Assembly: GCA_002104905.1 (NCBI GenBank)
Contig: MCFE01000060.1
Span: 1-64,000 of the forward strand
Reading direction: 5' to 3'
Length of the DNA: 64,000 bases
Source of the DNA: Basidiobolus meristosporus CBS 931.73
Taxonomy: Eukaryota; Fungi; Basidiobolomycota
Shown in pieces: positions 1 to 10,548 of the stretch. Under the pieces are notes generated by a model. It was not told the origin of the DNA. It saw nothing but the letters and a program-made list of their open reading frames with translations, and made no database searches. The translations under genes were made by a program, and so were the position numbers. Each line of letters opens with the position of its first letter. Within the stretch, counting starts at the first letter, position 1.

Positions 1-3000
1 CTTCAAACTGACCTACTGCTACTACCTTAGGCCTAACATTCAGATGGTACGGTATCTGCATATAATTTCTGCTTGATAATTCTAATTTCCTGGTACAGTA
101 CACCCTGTGAAAACTCATGACCATAGTTACTTCTGGTACACTAAAGTAGGAGATTCCACTGCTGATAAAGTCATGTCTGAATCTAGCCTAAAGCTAGAAC
201 TTGACAATCTACAATAAGTTTCTAAGGATTACAGTAGCCTGATTTAATCCTCTGTAGGTATATCCAGGTACTGGTGCCATCTCCCTCATAACTTCCTGTA
301 TCCAAACTATATACTTGAACTTGGCTTTACCCTTGCTGATACTACTTTGTCTCATTCAAAGTCAATGTCTTAGCCAAAGCCTCCTTATGAGAAATAATTT
401 TGATGATCCCATCAAGAGCCCATCACCAATCTTGGGTCTCATGATCAAGAGGTATTAATGCCGTTATGATGCTGTGCAATAGACCATTGGAAAGAATTGC
501 ACCTTAGATTTCACAATAAATTGATTAAAAATTTTGACACAACAGTACCTAAGTTGCTGTTGATTGGTTCTCTATAATTTCTCTCATTTCCTGATCCCAG
601 AAACTCAATCATCTACTATGTTAGTGTACATTGAATGACTATTACCTCTTTCTCACACCCCATACTTACTGACGCAGCTAGTGCACTTACTTAAAATCAG
701 TCAGGGCACTAGATTTTCTAACTTGGTAGGATTGGCCAAGTTTTGAATGTTGATGCACAACACTACTGCTCTTCTGCTGCTGTGTCTGTTGTAATTATTA
801 AGTTGTCACCAAAATATTCATGCTAACTTAGTCACATAGATCTTATTCTTTGATTAGCATTCTGTCCTTACCAAATTTCTTGTTGGGATTTACTTAGAAT
901 ATTTTCACCAAATTATCAGGTACCCAGATTATGATCTTTCTCAAAGTTGTCCAAAAGCCCCCACACTTTGCACACATATTTTTGGGACCTTCCTTAACAA
1001 ACTCTACATGTTTTTCTGCTCTACTTTATCAAAAGTATAAATACCATACTTTTGAACAATAAATCTACAAGTGAATAGCATGTAAATCCTCTAGCTCTCC
1101 ATATCACTTGCAATACTCCTCAGAATATTGCGACAGTATCATGGGCTTGGGTTGAAAACCAGGCAGCTATGCTTTACTCCTTAGTGGCATATTTATTTGG
1201 AGGTGAGTTAAACTAACACAAATATAATGTCACATAGACATGTGAGTGTGGTGCTATAGCCTTTGCATAGTACTTACCATAGTAGATTGGCTTTTAATCT
1301 TGCCTTCATGCAGATACAATGCTTCATATATACAATTGTCTTAAATATACCAGAAAGCTGACAAAGAAGTGATATAACAGCATTATGATATTGAATATCA
1401 AGCCATTTGCCCCATGAACAAGACTACTTTGATTAAACACAATATGAGAAGAGAAAAAGACCATGTGGCTTTGTAACATGGCCTCAGGCTATGAGTTGTG
1501 TTGACAGCATAGGAGGTAGAACAAAGATGTTGGTTAGTGTTTGGCCACAATAGTTATATTTAAGCATTGATTGATATTACAGTACCATCAATAACACACT
1601 GCCACTTGATGCTTTTTTTATATCATCTAGCAGCATTTGTGGCCTTGTGCAAACTGAGTCAGGTAAGTTGCTGATACCTTCTAGCCTACACTGCCCAATG
1701 ATATCAAAGTGACAATTTTGGCTAATTGATCTCTCAAACTACTTGTGTGATGTTCCGGTGGCATCAATACCTCTCCATCATGAGATCTCAGTTATGTGGT
1801 AACCTTTTGATGGAATTATCAAGATACATTTTCTTGAGAAATGGCTATAACCCTTACATTGAACAGTGGCTATACTACTATTACACCAACTTCTGCTCAT
1901 ATTGAAAAATAATAACTAGTGATCTCTTGACATAGTAGTCTCCACTTAATGGCAGCACCTGTCAAGTCTTAAATATTGCCCCTTCCTTGTACACCACTAC
2001 CACATGAAGAATTTACTCAAGTTGCTGCACTCATTTCCACTTTCTTGTAGTACTGCCTGCCTAACTTGGCTGCAGTTGTTGATTAGCCAGCACTTTCTCC
2101 AGCTATGCCTCCTCTGCCACAGAACTCTGTTTTGACTCCTTTTGGACTTGTTGATCTTGGAAACAAGTTATCAATCAGACTCATTTATATCAGAGCCAGG
2201 CTCTATCTTAGATACCAGTTGTGTCAAAACCTCCATGCAAGGCAGTAGCTATGTTATCAATATACTAGTCCTCAATCTTGTGGGAGAACACTACTTGAAG
2301 ACTCTGGCATCTGGTAATTTACCTTGCATGTTGAAGACTATAAACTCCCATTGCTTGCATATGGGTGGTATATTTCAGCTTTAAGGAAAAGCCTTGACAA
2401 CCATACTCATTCTTATTTTCTTCCAATTGTGCCTATCTCACTTAGTTGCAAATGTTAATGATCCACTACTTTGCTTGGTTGTCTCTCAAGAGCCACTTAA
2501 CTTTGTTGTAAGTCCTATTGATCTCAACAACCACTCTTATAGGCTTTTGCAAAAGGACCCTTTGCTTCATTCACTTGTAAAAAGGCTACCCACATGGTAC
2601 ATGACTTCTTTAACTCAGATTATTGGTTTATATATTTCTCCTATTGGCAGTGATTACCCCAATGTCATAGTATCGGATTTTTTCTCCTTTTTGGATGTAC
2701 AATACAACACTGCTGTTTGTAGAGACTCTGAAAGCACTTGGAGCTACTCAATTTTACCTCTACATCACTAGCCCTCAAGGTGTTATTTTAGCATGGAGCT
2801 TCTAAATACTGCCACTATGCCTCTATCAGAACCATGTTTCAAATATGTGAGTGTATGAACAACCATTAATACAAAATGGTTCCTTACACATTAGAAGGAT
2901 CATACTGACCATTGCTTGCTGTGCCTTCTAATTACCAACACTTGCTCACAAGTAGATGAGTACAGCTGAGAAGTGCAATGCATATATTCCAAAAGGGCAT

Positions 3001-3200
3001 AATGCAAAACTTGTCTTCAATAATAAATTAGAAAGGACTTTGCTTAGCTCAAATCCTGAATAAGTGATCAAATATTCCACTTGATGATATACACGCACAT
3101 TATACTAATGACTGCACCAGATTTGTGATAGTAGCTGATCAGAAAGCCTCCAATACTACAGTATACATATAGCACTCAAGTATACTTGTTGATGTACAAA
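1..3200. mobile_element. Degenerate, CpG-depleted retroelement-derived block
   Basis: Almost no CG dinucleotides, excess TG/CA and no coherent ORFs. 690-780 resembles 48365-48445, and ~900-1010 is the reverse complement of ~35580-35690, both within the retrotransposon-rich block. Confidence 0.6.
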
Positions 3201-3479
3201 ATGGCTGTGGAACGTTCATTCCCAAGCATTATGGATAGTATGAATGCTTAACGGAGGCAATCGATGATGTCATGCTCCATGTGGTGGGCTGAACTTTATG
3301 CCACACCCCTTTGTGTTTCACCAAGCAACAAACAAAGCATAGATGCTTTACTGGAGTTGGGCGATTTCGAAACAAGAATACAGGTCAGTCAGGATTGAAC
3401 AGGTATAAATGCGAGACACACTCATATCAACACAATCAAGAATCCTCGGCCTACCCACCGCTCTTTCCATAGCCCGACC

Positions 3480-4238
3480 ATGAAGTACATCAGCTTTCTG
3501 TTAGTTCTCTCGGCATTACAGCTGGTGAAGGCTAATTCCTATGGAGGCGGTGGTAATGACCGTGGGGTGACTTCTGGTAGCTGGGAGGACTCGTTTGGTG
3601 ACTATCAGGAAGATGAAATCGTCAAGAAGTGTGTAGCCCCCAGCAGGCAGGCTCCCTTCAACAACAAGGCAGTCTCGTTGAATGTAAAGACTGACCCTGC
3701 CAGCTTTGACAGTAATCCTCATGGCGGTCGAGGCCAAGGCATTGTAGCTCAATCAATGCTCAAGGCAGGCTTGACCCCCGGAAAGACACTTCATGTGAAC
3801 GGCTTCCAGTACCGGATTGCCAATTGGGGCAAGGGAAGGTACGACAACTGGATCGAGAAGGGTCAGCAGGTGAAGGTCACCACAGTGCCTGCCGCCAACC
3901 GCTTGGGCTTCCTGTTAGCAAGTGATATGGGAAGCTTCAAGGGGATATATGAGATCGTGTATACGGATTGCAGTAAGACCGTAGTGACTGTGGGCGCCTC
4001 AGACTGGAAATGGAAGATAGAGTTGGCCCATGGAAACACCGTCGCCCAGCGAGGGCTTGTTGCCACATATGATAGGCGAGAGGTTCGCCTGTACTCTGCA
4101 GAGGTCAACATTGACCAAGGTAAAGAGATCGCATACATCAAGTTCCCTACCAAGGTCAGTCCGATCCACGCCTACATGAAGGGCTACTCTGGCCACATCC
4201 ATGTATTCTCTGTGGCCACCAAGAAAGTGGGCTACTGA
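3480..4238 (+). CDS. Secreted intronless protein: stand-alone beta-sandwich domain resembling accessory C-terminal domains of actinobacterial glycoside hydrolases (e.g. GH92/GH3)
   Basis: Signal peptide MKYISFLLVLSALQLVKA and a TATA box (TATAAA ~3404). Motifs FNN..S, AQSMLKAGLTPG..V.G, DN...GQ, RLGFL, VYTD.S...SDW, V.IDQGK.I..IKFP and HIHVFSVA match the actinobacterial domain pattern as I recall it. Confidence 0.75.
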   Translation: MKYISFLLVLSALQLVKANSYGGGGNDRGVTSGSWEDSFGDYQEDEIVKKCVAPSRQAPFNNKAVSLNVKTDPASFDSNPHGGRGQGIVAQSMLKAGLTPGKTLHVNGFQYRIANWGKGRYDNWIEKGQQVKVTTVPAANRLGFLLASDMGSFKGIYEIVYTDCSKTVVTVGASDWKWKIELAHGNTVAQRGLVATYDRREVRLYSAEVNIDQGKEIAYIKFPTKVSPIHAYMKGYSGHIHVFSVATKKVGY

Positions 4239-4422
4239 ATAAAGTGCCATCAGTACGTGGCTTATTGAAGTACAATATCAGATTGCACAATACGAATGAA
4301 CGGGATAGAAACGGTCACGCTATCTTCATGACCTGGGTGATGGTTAGTGATACGAAATTAGCAACGGTGTTGTTGAATGTGGTGAGGTTTATTTCTCAAT
4401 CAAGCATTGCCGGTTTATCAAC

Positions 4423-5957
4423 TTAGCAAACTCCCATATCGACCCACACATTTTGACTGTTGGCTCCAGGGGTATCATTTCGGGTCCACCATTTGGCTTG
4501 CCAAAGGTGACCATTGTATGTTACCTTTTGAGCGCCGTTGTAAGCAGCATCTGATGTCCAAGTAGCAACCCCCGTACATCCTGGAGTCGGCGATGCTGAG
4601 GCGGTGGCCTTGGTGGTTGTAGAAGATGGGGGTTGTGCATCGCCAGGTTGGCGAATACCTTGGACAGCATTCAATAATTCATCGTTCGAATCATTCGTCA
4701 TATCCCAGAACATCACCCCACGGAGCCCTTGCTGTGTAGTGTAATCTGCCTTGACTTTGAGAGACTGTGGGTCATCGTAGGAAATATACATCTTGTTACT
4801 GGAGCCAAATAACCAGGGAGTTTGGGTCACATTATCCCAGTGACGGCTCCAGCCGCTGATTGGACTAGCGGGGCCATTCTTGAGAATTTCACTGCGAAGG
4901 TACTTCCATGCCCAGAGGCCGCCATAAGAGGAACCCTCATTGCAGAAGGCGTTCGGTTGATTGGAATCTGATGGATCCCCCTTGGGCACGGTGGACGATT
5001 TGGAAACATATTGGTTTGATGGGTTCGCATTCATATCTACCGTGGCAGTCACCGATCGGCCGTAGAATGGTAGCCCCATCACCAGCTTATTAGCCGGCCA
5101 CTTGGCATTCAACCAGGCCGCAGATGCTTGTCGGAAAGAGAATGGGTCCCCTCCCTTGGTATCATAGTCAAATGGAGCGTTAGGGCCGGTTGTGGCCGAC
5201 CAGCCGCCGTTTATATCGTATGCCATCACATTGATAAAGTCAAAGTATGGAACGAATGCTGACACATCGTTGAGTGGACCGCCAGAAGGGCCATCGAACG
5301 GTTGAACCCGAACTGCAGCAGTGATGAGCTTATGCTCATTCGGGAATTCCTTATCGAGAGCAGCGCGGAGTTCTTTTAGAAGAGCCAGGTAGTTGGCGGT
5401 ATCTGCCGCATCGCGTACGTTACACACTGCCCCTGCCCTAGCTGGGTATTCCCAGTCGATGTCGATTCCGTCCAGATCCCAACCATCTGGGGTTTGGCCG
5501 GAGGGTTTTGTATTTTTACGGACGAAGACGAGTGCGTTGTTGATGAATTTCTGACGAAGGGCCGGGTCCCGTGCCATGAGGGAGAACGTTTGACTTCCGG
5601 TCCAGCCGCCCAGAGAGATCTGAACTTTGACCCCTTTGGGTGTGGCCAGTTGCTTTAGCTGACGGATGGCGCTTCCGTCGTAGCTTGGGTCGATGGATAT
5701 GTTGGAGGGATCATCCTTCTTGGTCAGTACTCCGAAACCTTGTGAGGGTGTGTTAGTGACACAGAACGGGTGGCATCCATGCGGTGGAACTTACCGTAAT
5801 TGATGTGAGTAACTTTGTCGTAACTAAGTTGGCTAGGCTGGACTTTCCCCCAGGGAACGTAATATCCAACAATAACCTTGTCGCCTGTGGCCAACGCCAA
5901 TGGAGCCAGAAAACCGGTGCCGGAGAGGGCAGAGAGAAGAAAAGCGGAGAACCTCAT
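4423..5957 (-). CDS. GH18 chitinase with C-terminal CBM5/12 (ChtBD3); exons 5957-5795 and 5738-4423
   Basis: Signal peptide MRFSAFLLSALSG.., VIVGYY, SLGGWTGS and catalytic DGIDIDWE; also VMAYD, KLVMGLPFYG, YDDPQS and GVMFWD. A GT-AG intron at 5794-5739 restores the frame. An S/T/P linker precedes AYNGAQKVTYNGHLWQAKWWT. Confidence 0.96.
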
Positions 5958-6356
5958 GTTGTTGTTGGTGGTGGTAGTGGTGTTGGCATTCCCTGGTGGG
6001 GAAATGTATTTATACTCTGGAAGCCAGATTTTTGGGAGTATCTGCATACTGCGCATAGAGGAGATGACCACCAGCTTAGGGAATCATCCAACGTTGCCAG
6101 CAGAGAGTAGATTGCTTTTGTAGATCTTTACCGCGAGTAAGCCGGTTAGTCACTCGATTTGGAGGTAATCTTCGACTCGTTGGTAACCCCTCGTGTCCAA
6201 AATAACCTCAATATAACCTAATTCATCCCATCACTGTAATTCACAAGTCACCACCACCGATCCGAATCAATTCTGGAGAAATTCACGCACTCAACATTTG
6301 GGCAAGGTCGTCGAAGATTCAGTTTATTCGTTGATGGCTTAATGAATGAAGGGGAA

Positions 6357-7277
6357 TCAACAGGCACCCAGATCGTTCCAGACTCCTTGTTGGCCTGGGG
6401 TTTCGTTCTGAGTCCACCATTGGGCTTGCCAAAGATGCCCACTATAGGTCACTTTCTGATCAGCATTGTACGCGGTGCCAGCACTCCATGCGGACACTCC
6501 AGCACATCCAGAGCCGTTGGTTGCGGTTGGTTTGGTTGAGGTTGTTGAGGATGGCTTGGTAGTAGTGGTAGGAACGGTAGTGGTTGAAGGCTTCGCGGTA
6601 GTGGTGGTTGAAGGCTTCGCAGTAGTGGTAGGATCAGCAGTCGAACCACCCTCGGTAGCGCCAACAGTGATGATTGGGCGCTGATCTAGCAGCTCATGAC
6701 CATCTCCCTCCCCGATGGCAAATTCAGGGATGGTGGGGTATCCAGGAAGGTTAGCGACCATCAATTTTGGACCGGTGACTTTCCCACCAGGAACCCCGCC
6801 ATTGATGGTGATGTCAACACAGTTCATGTAGTACTCGCGATTCCCTTCGGCATTGACCCAGGTCCATGCCAAGGTGGCACGGTTACTGGGTGGAGCGGTG
6901 GCCGGAATGGGAACGTCGAAAGTCAGCCCGTTCTTGAAGCAATCACGGACGACTGTTTTCAAAACAACGAATGTCTGGTCATTGTCGTAGGAGAGAGCGA
7001 ACTGGCAATGTCCACCATTGTGAGTGTTGCCTGGGGCAAACTCAACCTTCACGGTGTCCCCGGCATTGTAGGAGTACTCAACCTTTCCTGCCTTGTACCC
7101 TTTGCATGGAAACACCCCCAACGGAGTGTTCATGTCGTAATCGATATCGCCTATCGACTGATAGTACTTGCTGAAGGTGGATTTGCGAGGCGCGGGAGAT
7201 TGGATTTCCATGTGGCCAGCCACGGAGCTCAAGGCACACAAAGTTGCTGCAGCGGCGAAACAAGTAGAGACTCTCAT
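6357..7277 (-). CDS. AA11-family lytic polysaccharide monooxygenase (chitin-active type) with Thr/Pro/Lys linker and C-terminal CBM5/12
   Basis: A 21-aa signal peptide leaves His at mature position 1 (HMEIQSPAPR). HNGGHCQFALSYD and LAWTWVNAEGNREYYMNC match the AA11 motifs HGGGSCQ and AWTWFNRIGNREMYMNC. The CBM ends QKVTYSGHLWQAQWWT. Intronless. Confidence 0.92.
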   Translation of the reverse strand: MRVSTCFAAAATLCALSSVAGHMEIQSPAPRKSTFSKYYQSIGDIDYDMNTPLGVFPCKGYKAGKVEYSYNAGDTVKVEFAPGNTHNGGHCQFALSYDNDQTFVVLKTVVRDCFKNGLTFDVPIPATAPPSNRATLAWTWVNAEGNREYYMNCVDITINGGVPGGKVTGPKLMVANLPGYPTIPEFAIGEGDGHELLDQRPIITVGATEGGSTADPTTTAKPSTTTTAKPSTTTVPTTTTKPSSTTSTKPTATNGSGCAGVSAWSAGTAYNADQKVTYSGHLWQAQWWTQNETPGQQGVWNDLGAC

Positions 7278-7739
7278 GATTCTGTCAGTCGGCTTGAAGG
7301 ATGGCTTTCGAAGACGCGACTCGAGGGCCCTTTATAGAGCGAAGTCAGCACTGTGGCAATGCTCAGTGTTACCCTGCACTCATCAACAGGCCTAGTGAGG
7401 GCTCCATGGGTGATCGGGTTACTCAATATCACTCGAAGATGTAGTCAAGTGTAGAGCACCGCCGGCCTCCACCATGTTTACACAAAGTAATCCAGTTCGG
7501 GACACGGCCGGCATCCAGTATGTTCCCACGAACAGGAATTTAGCCAACATCACCATCCCCATATATGGATATATTAACAGCGTACGATTTATTAAGTAGC
7601 AGTAGGACAGAGGATTGACAATTTGAACATATATGTCGAGGATGGATATTCCCCGCCAGTACCTTTCATGGGCCAATGTGGGGAGGGGTGCAAAACCAAA
7701 CTCGATCAAAGGGTAATTACTGGACAGAAAGAAAGTGAC

Positions 7740-8695
7740 TCAGAAAGGGTCCTCCTCCGTCAGCTTGCTTGACGAGACGATGTTCATGTGATAAGCGTCA
7801 GCAAAGTTGGAACTCTCAAAGTCGGTGTTCTTCGGATGAGGCAGGAGGGCTTTTTGGCGAAGTTTCTCGATCCTCTCGACCTGGAGGGAGAACAGCTTAG
7901 AACTGATCGCCCCTGGTAACAAACAATCATTAGTGAGGTTTCAAATGAGCAGATTTTGTATGAGGGGCCCTTACACTTTGTTTGGAACAGTACATCAGGG
8001 TTAAGATTGAATGTGACTCCACCCAGCAGCAAGGAAAACCAGAATATGCTGCTACAGCAAGACATCATGGTTAATCCTGCCGCGTTGGTTGCGAGTACCG
8101 ACTTGATGCTCTTCGCCGAGGAACGCGAGTATCGCTTGTAAGCGGTATACGCAGCTCCGCACAACTGAACTACATAGATGAGGACCTCTGTTGACATGTA
8201 TGCTAAGAAAGCAGTCATATGGACAGAAATCACGCATTGCTGAAGCTCGCCATTGTAGGCATTGATACCGATCTCCACTAGAATGATCATCCCCAATTTA
8301 GCGATCTCCAACAGCCCTCCCAGCAGCAAATAACCGCGAAAGATGTTCATGTCGTTGTGCAGTCGCACGAAGATCAAAAGCTCCATAATGGTGTTGGATC
8401 CATAGTAGAACGCCCAGTTGAAGAATCCTTTGAAATGGCAATGGGTGATGAAGTAATACCCGGAGACCGCACTCAGATGGCAGATGACAGCCAAGAATGA
8501 TTGGCAGGTGTTTAGCATGAACGTGGTGTTGGCCGGCTTCTTGAGCAGTAGCCTGATGCTCCTATACGCGCAGCTGATGTGAACGGCTAGCGTGGCGGAG
8601 AAAATAAACATCGCCATGCTTGACATCAAGTAGTCACTAGTCAGAAGAGTGATCTTCTGATGATACTGTGCATTTTGGGGGAATATAGATGGCAT
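7740..8695 (-). CDS. Multi-pass (about 7TM) membrane protein, GPCR-like; intron 7974-7913
   Basis: About 6-7 hydrophobic segments. A GT-AG intron joins FQTK|W-AISSKLFSLQVER to a hydrophilic tail (ORF 7740-7922). TATA-like element at ~8735. Confidence 0.7.
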
Positions 8696-8958
8696 GCTGG
8701 TTCACCCAGTACGCGCCACAGATCGGAGCAGTATTTATAAGTTGGATCGAAGTAGGGGCATGCGATGTGATTGGAATCCCCTTTACCTGGGAAGCAATCT
8801 GAGTCCTCCATGAGGCATTTTGGTTATATTTAAGACAGCATCGGCACTTCCATGGTTGCAGAATTCGAGAGGGGCATTTCTAAAAAAAATGCCATAAGCT
8901 TGCTGACATAAGTAAAGCGGGGTTCTTGGGTTTTATTGGCCAAATTGAAATCATCCCC

Positions 8959-9017
8959 AATGGAATCAATAATTAATCACCTCCACCTCAATGGAATCAA
9001 TAATTAATCAGCTCCAC
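8959..9017. repeat. 31-bp tandem duplication spanning the EndoU stop codon
   Basis: AATGGAATCAATAATTAATCA(C/G)CTCCAC occurs at 8959 and 8990. Confidence 0.9.
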
Positions 9018-10032
9018 ATAGGCGGAGCCGATGCTTCTATCGGAATGATGGTTATAATCGTAGCAAACAACGTTCACATCAATATCACCGAATGTTGTGG
9101 GGGTTCGCTCTTTGCCACACAGGAAGCTCAGGGTATATAAGGCTATCTCGAACTCGGGGGAAACTCCAAACAGTGTGGTGGACATGGGCTTCAACACGTT
9201 CTTCCACTTGAATTGGATACATCCGATATGCTCCTGACCAGTTGGCTGTAAAATCGGTTAGATACGGACCATGAGCTCACTCGGAAACTGGAACTTACTC
9301 TTGAGAGCGGATGGCTGCGGTTTCGTGGGGTAATGAACCCTTGATAGTCCAAAAAGTTCTTCCGTTCTTCCAAAAACAAGGTCACCCAGTTGTGGAATCC
9401 AATGACTTTGTCCTGTCGCACCTCGCCCAAGAATACGTGCTCGAATGCGGACGAGTCCCCTCCAGAGCCACGGCCATAAAAGTTGAACCACAACTTCTCA
9501 AGGAGTTTTTTAAAGCTCATAACATTGCCATCAATCAGGTTCTTCTTCATCAGATACCGCTGCATGTAACGGATCACTGGGGTTTCACATATCGCGTCAA
9601 TGAATCGACGATTCTCCCCCGTCTCCATAGAAGTTAGCACCTCATTTTTCCCCACTTCGGCAACGTAGTTGTCCAAGAGGTTGTAGAATGCTGCGTAGCT
9701 TGGGATGGAAAAGAACTTGTCTTTGTTGACTCTGGTAAACAATCTGGCGGCAGCAGCATCCTCTGCACCAAGAAAAGCGTTAACAAGTTGCGAAGGGGGC
9801 TCTATTGTATACGTTGCTACCTTTATCGTAGGTTTTCTTCGACTCTTGTAGATTGAGTTCGTACTATAAGGTTGGAAGTTTTAGCATGTTAACCATTTGA
9901 GAAAAGCTACAACAGGTTTACATCTTGCCCAGGTTGGAAGCGGTTTACATCCAGTCTCCAGAGCGTTTGAAGCGCCTCACCAAGGTTGGAGAGTTCACTG
10001 GGAGTAGGCTCTGTGTCGTTGACAATAGGCAT
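8997..10032 (-). CDS. ENDOU: EndoU/XendoU (PP11) family uridylate-specific endoribonuclease, multi-exon
   Basis: LWRLDVNR; SSAFEHVFLGE and GFHNW carry the two catalytic His; after the intron near 9300, KPMSTTLFGVSPEFEIALYTL carries the catalytic Lys region. Confidence 0.88.
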
Positions 10033-10548
10033 CTTGGAGATAAGGAGAATCAAGCTCGGTAAAGATGAGCCTTTATTCTTCGCCCAGGAATACATGTACT
10101 CCGCCCATTTACCAGTACGTTTATACTCTAATTACTATCATTTGCCAGGATTGGTGGCTAATAAATTGGTGTACCCAAAATGGGATGAGTTCCTGAGATC
10201 GTGCTATGAATTTCTATACTGCCTTTCAAGCTCGATCAACATCCAAAAGACCAAGTCACTATTTCAAGTATGTGAGCATTGAAATGGCCAACCTCCCTGA
10301 TTTGGATTCTAGTTGAATGTGAATGTTTCTGAAAACACCCTCATGTTGATGACGTTTCTACGGCTAATCAGTGCCCAACTTTGATACCCTAAATTGGCAT
10401 AGTAGTCGTGTTAACAAAAATGCTACGCCACTACAATTGGTATTACGCTCTGGACTTTGATTACCAAAAGTATCCATCACATATATACACCAATTTTTTC
10501 TTACAACGTAGAACGCTCCATTTTCACGATACCGTTGGTGGAACTCTC

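Noticed and set aside
2142-2771. ORFs 2142-2384 and 2394-2771 (+), the second with a hydrophobic N-terminus
   Set aside because: They lie in CpG-depleted repeat DNA with no recognisable domain; stop-poor frames are expected there by chance.
6696-7337. 213-aa plus-strand ORF
   Set aside because: It is an antisense shadow of the LPMO coding sequence.
10408-10548. Upstream extension of the ABC1 ORF from a GTG start
   Set aside because: It is pyrimidine-rich promoter/UTR-like sequence; the ATG at 10549 gives a plausible mitochondrial presequence.
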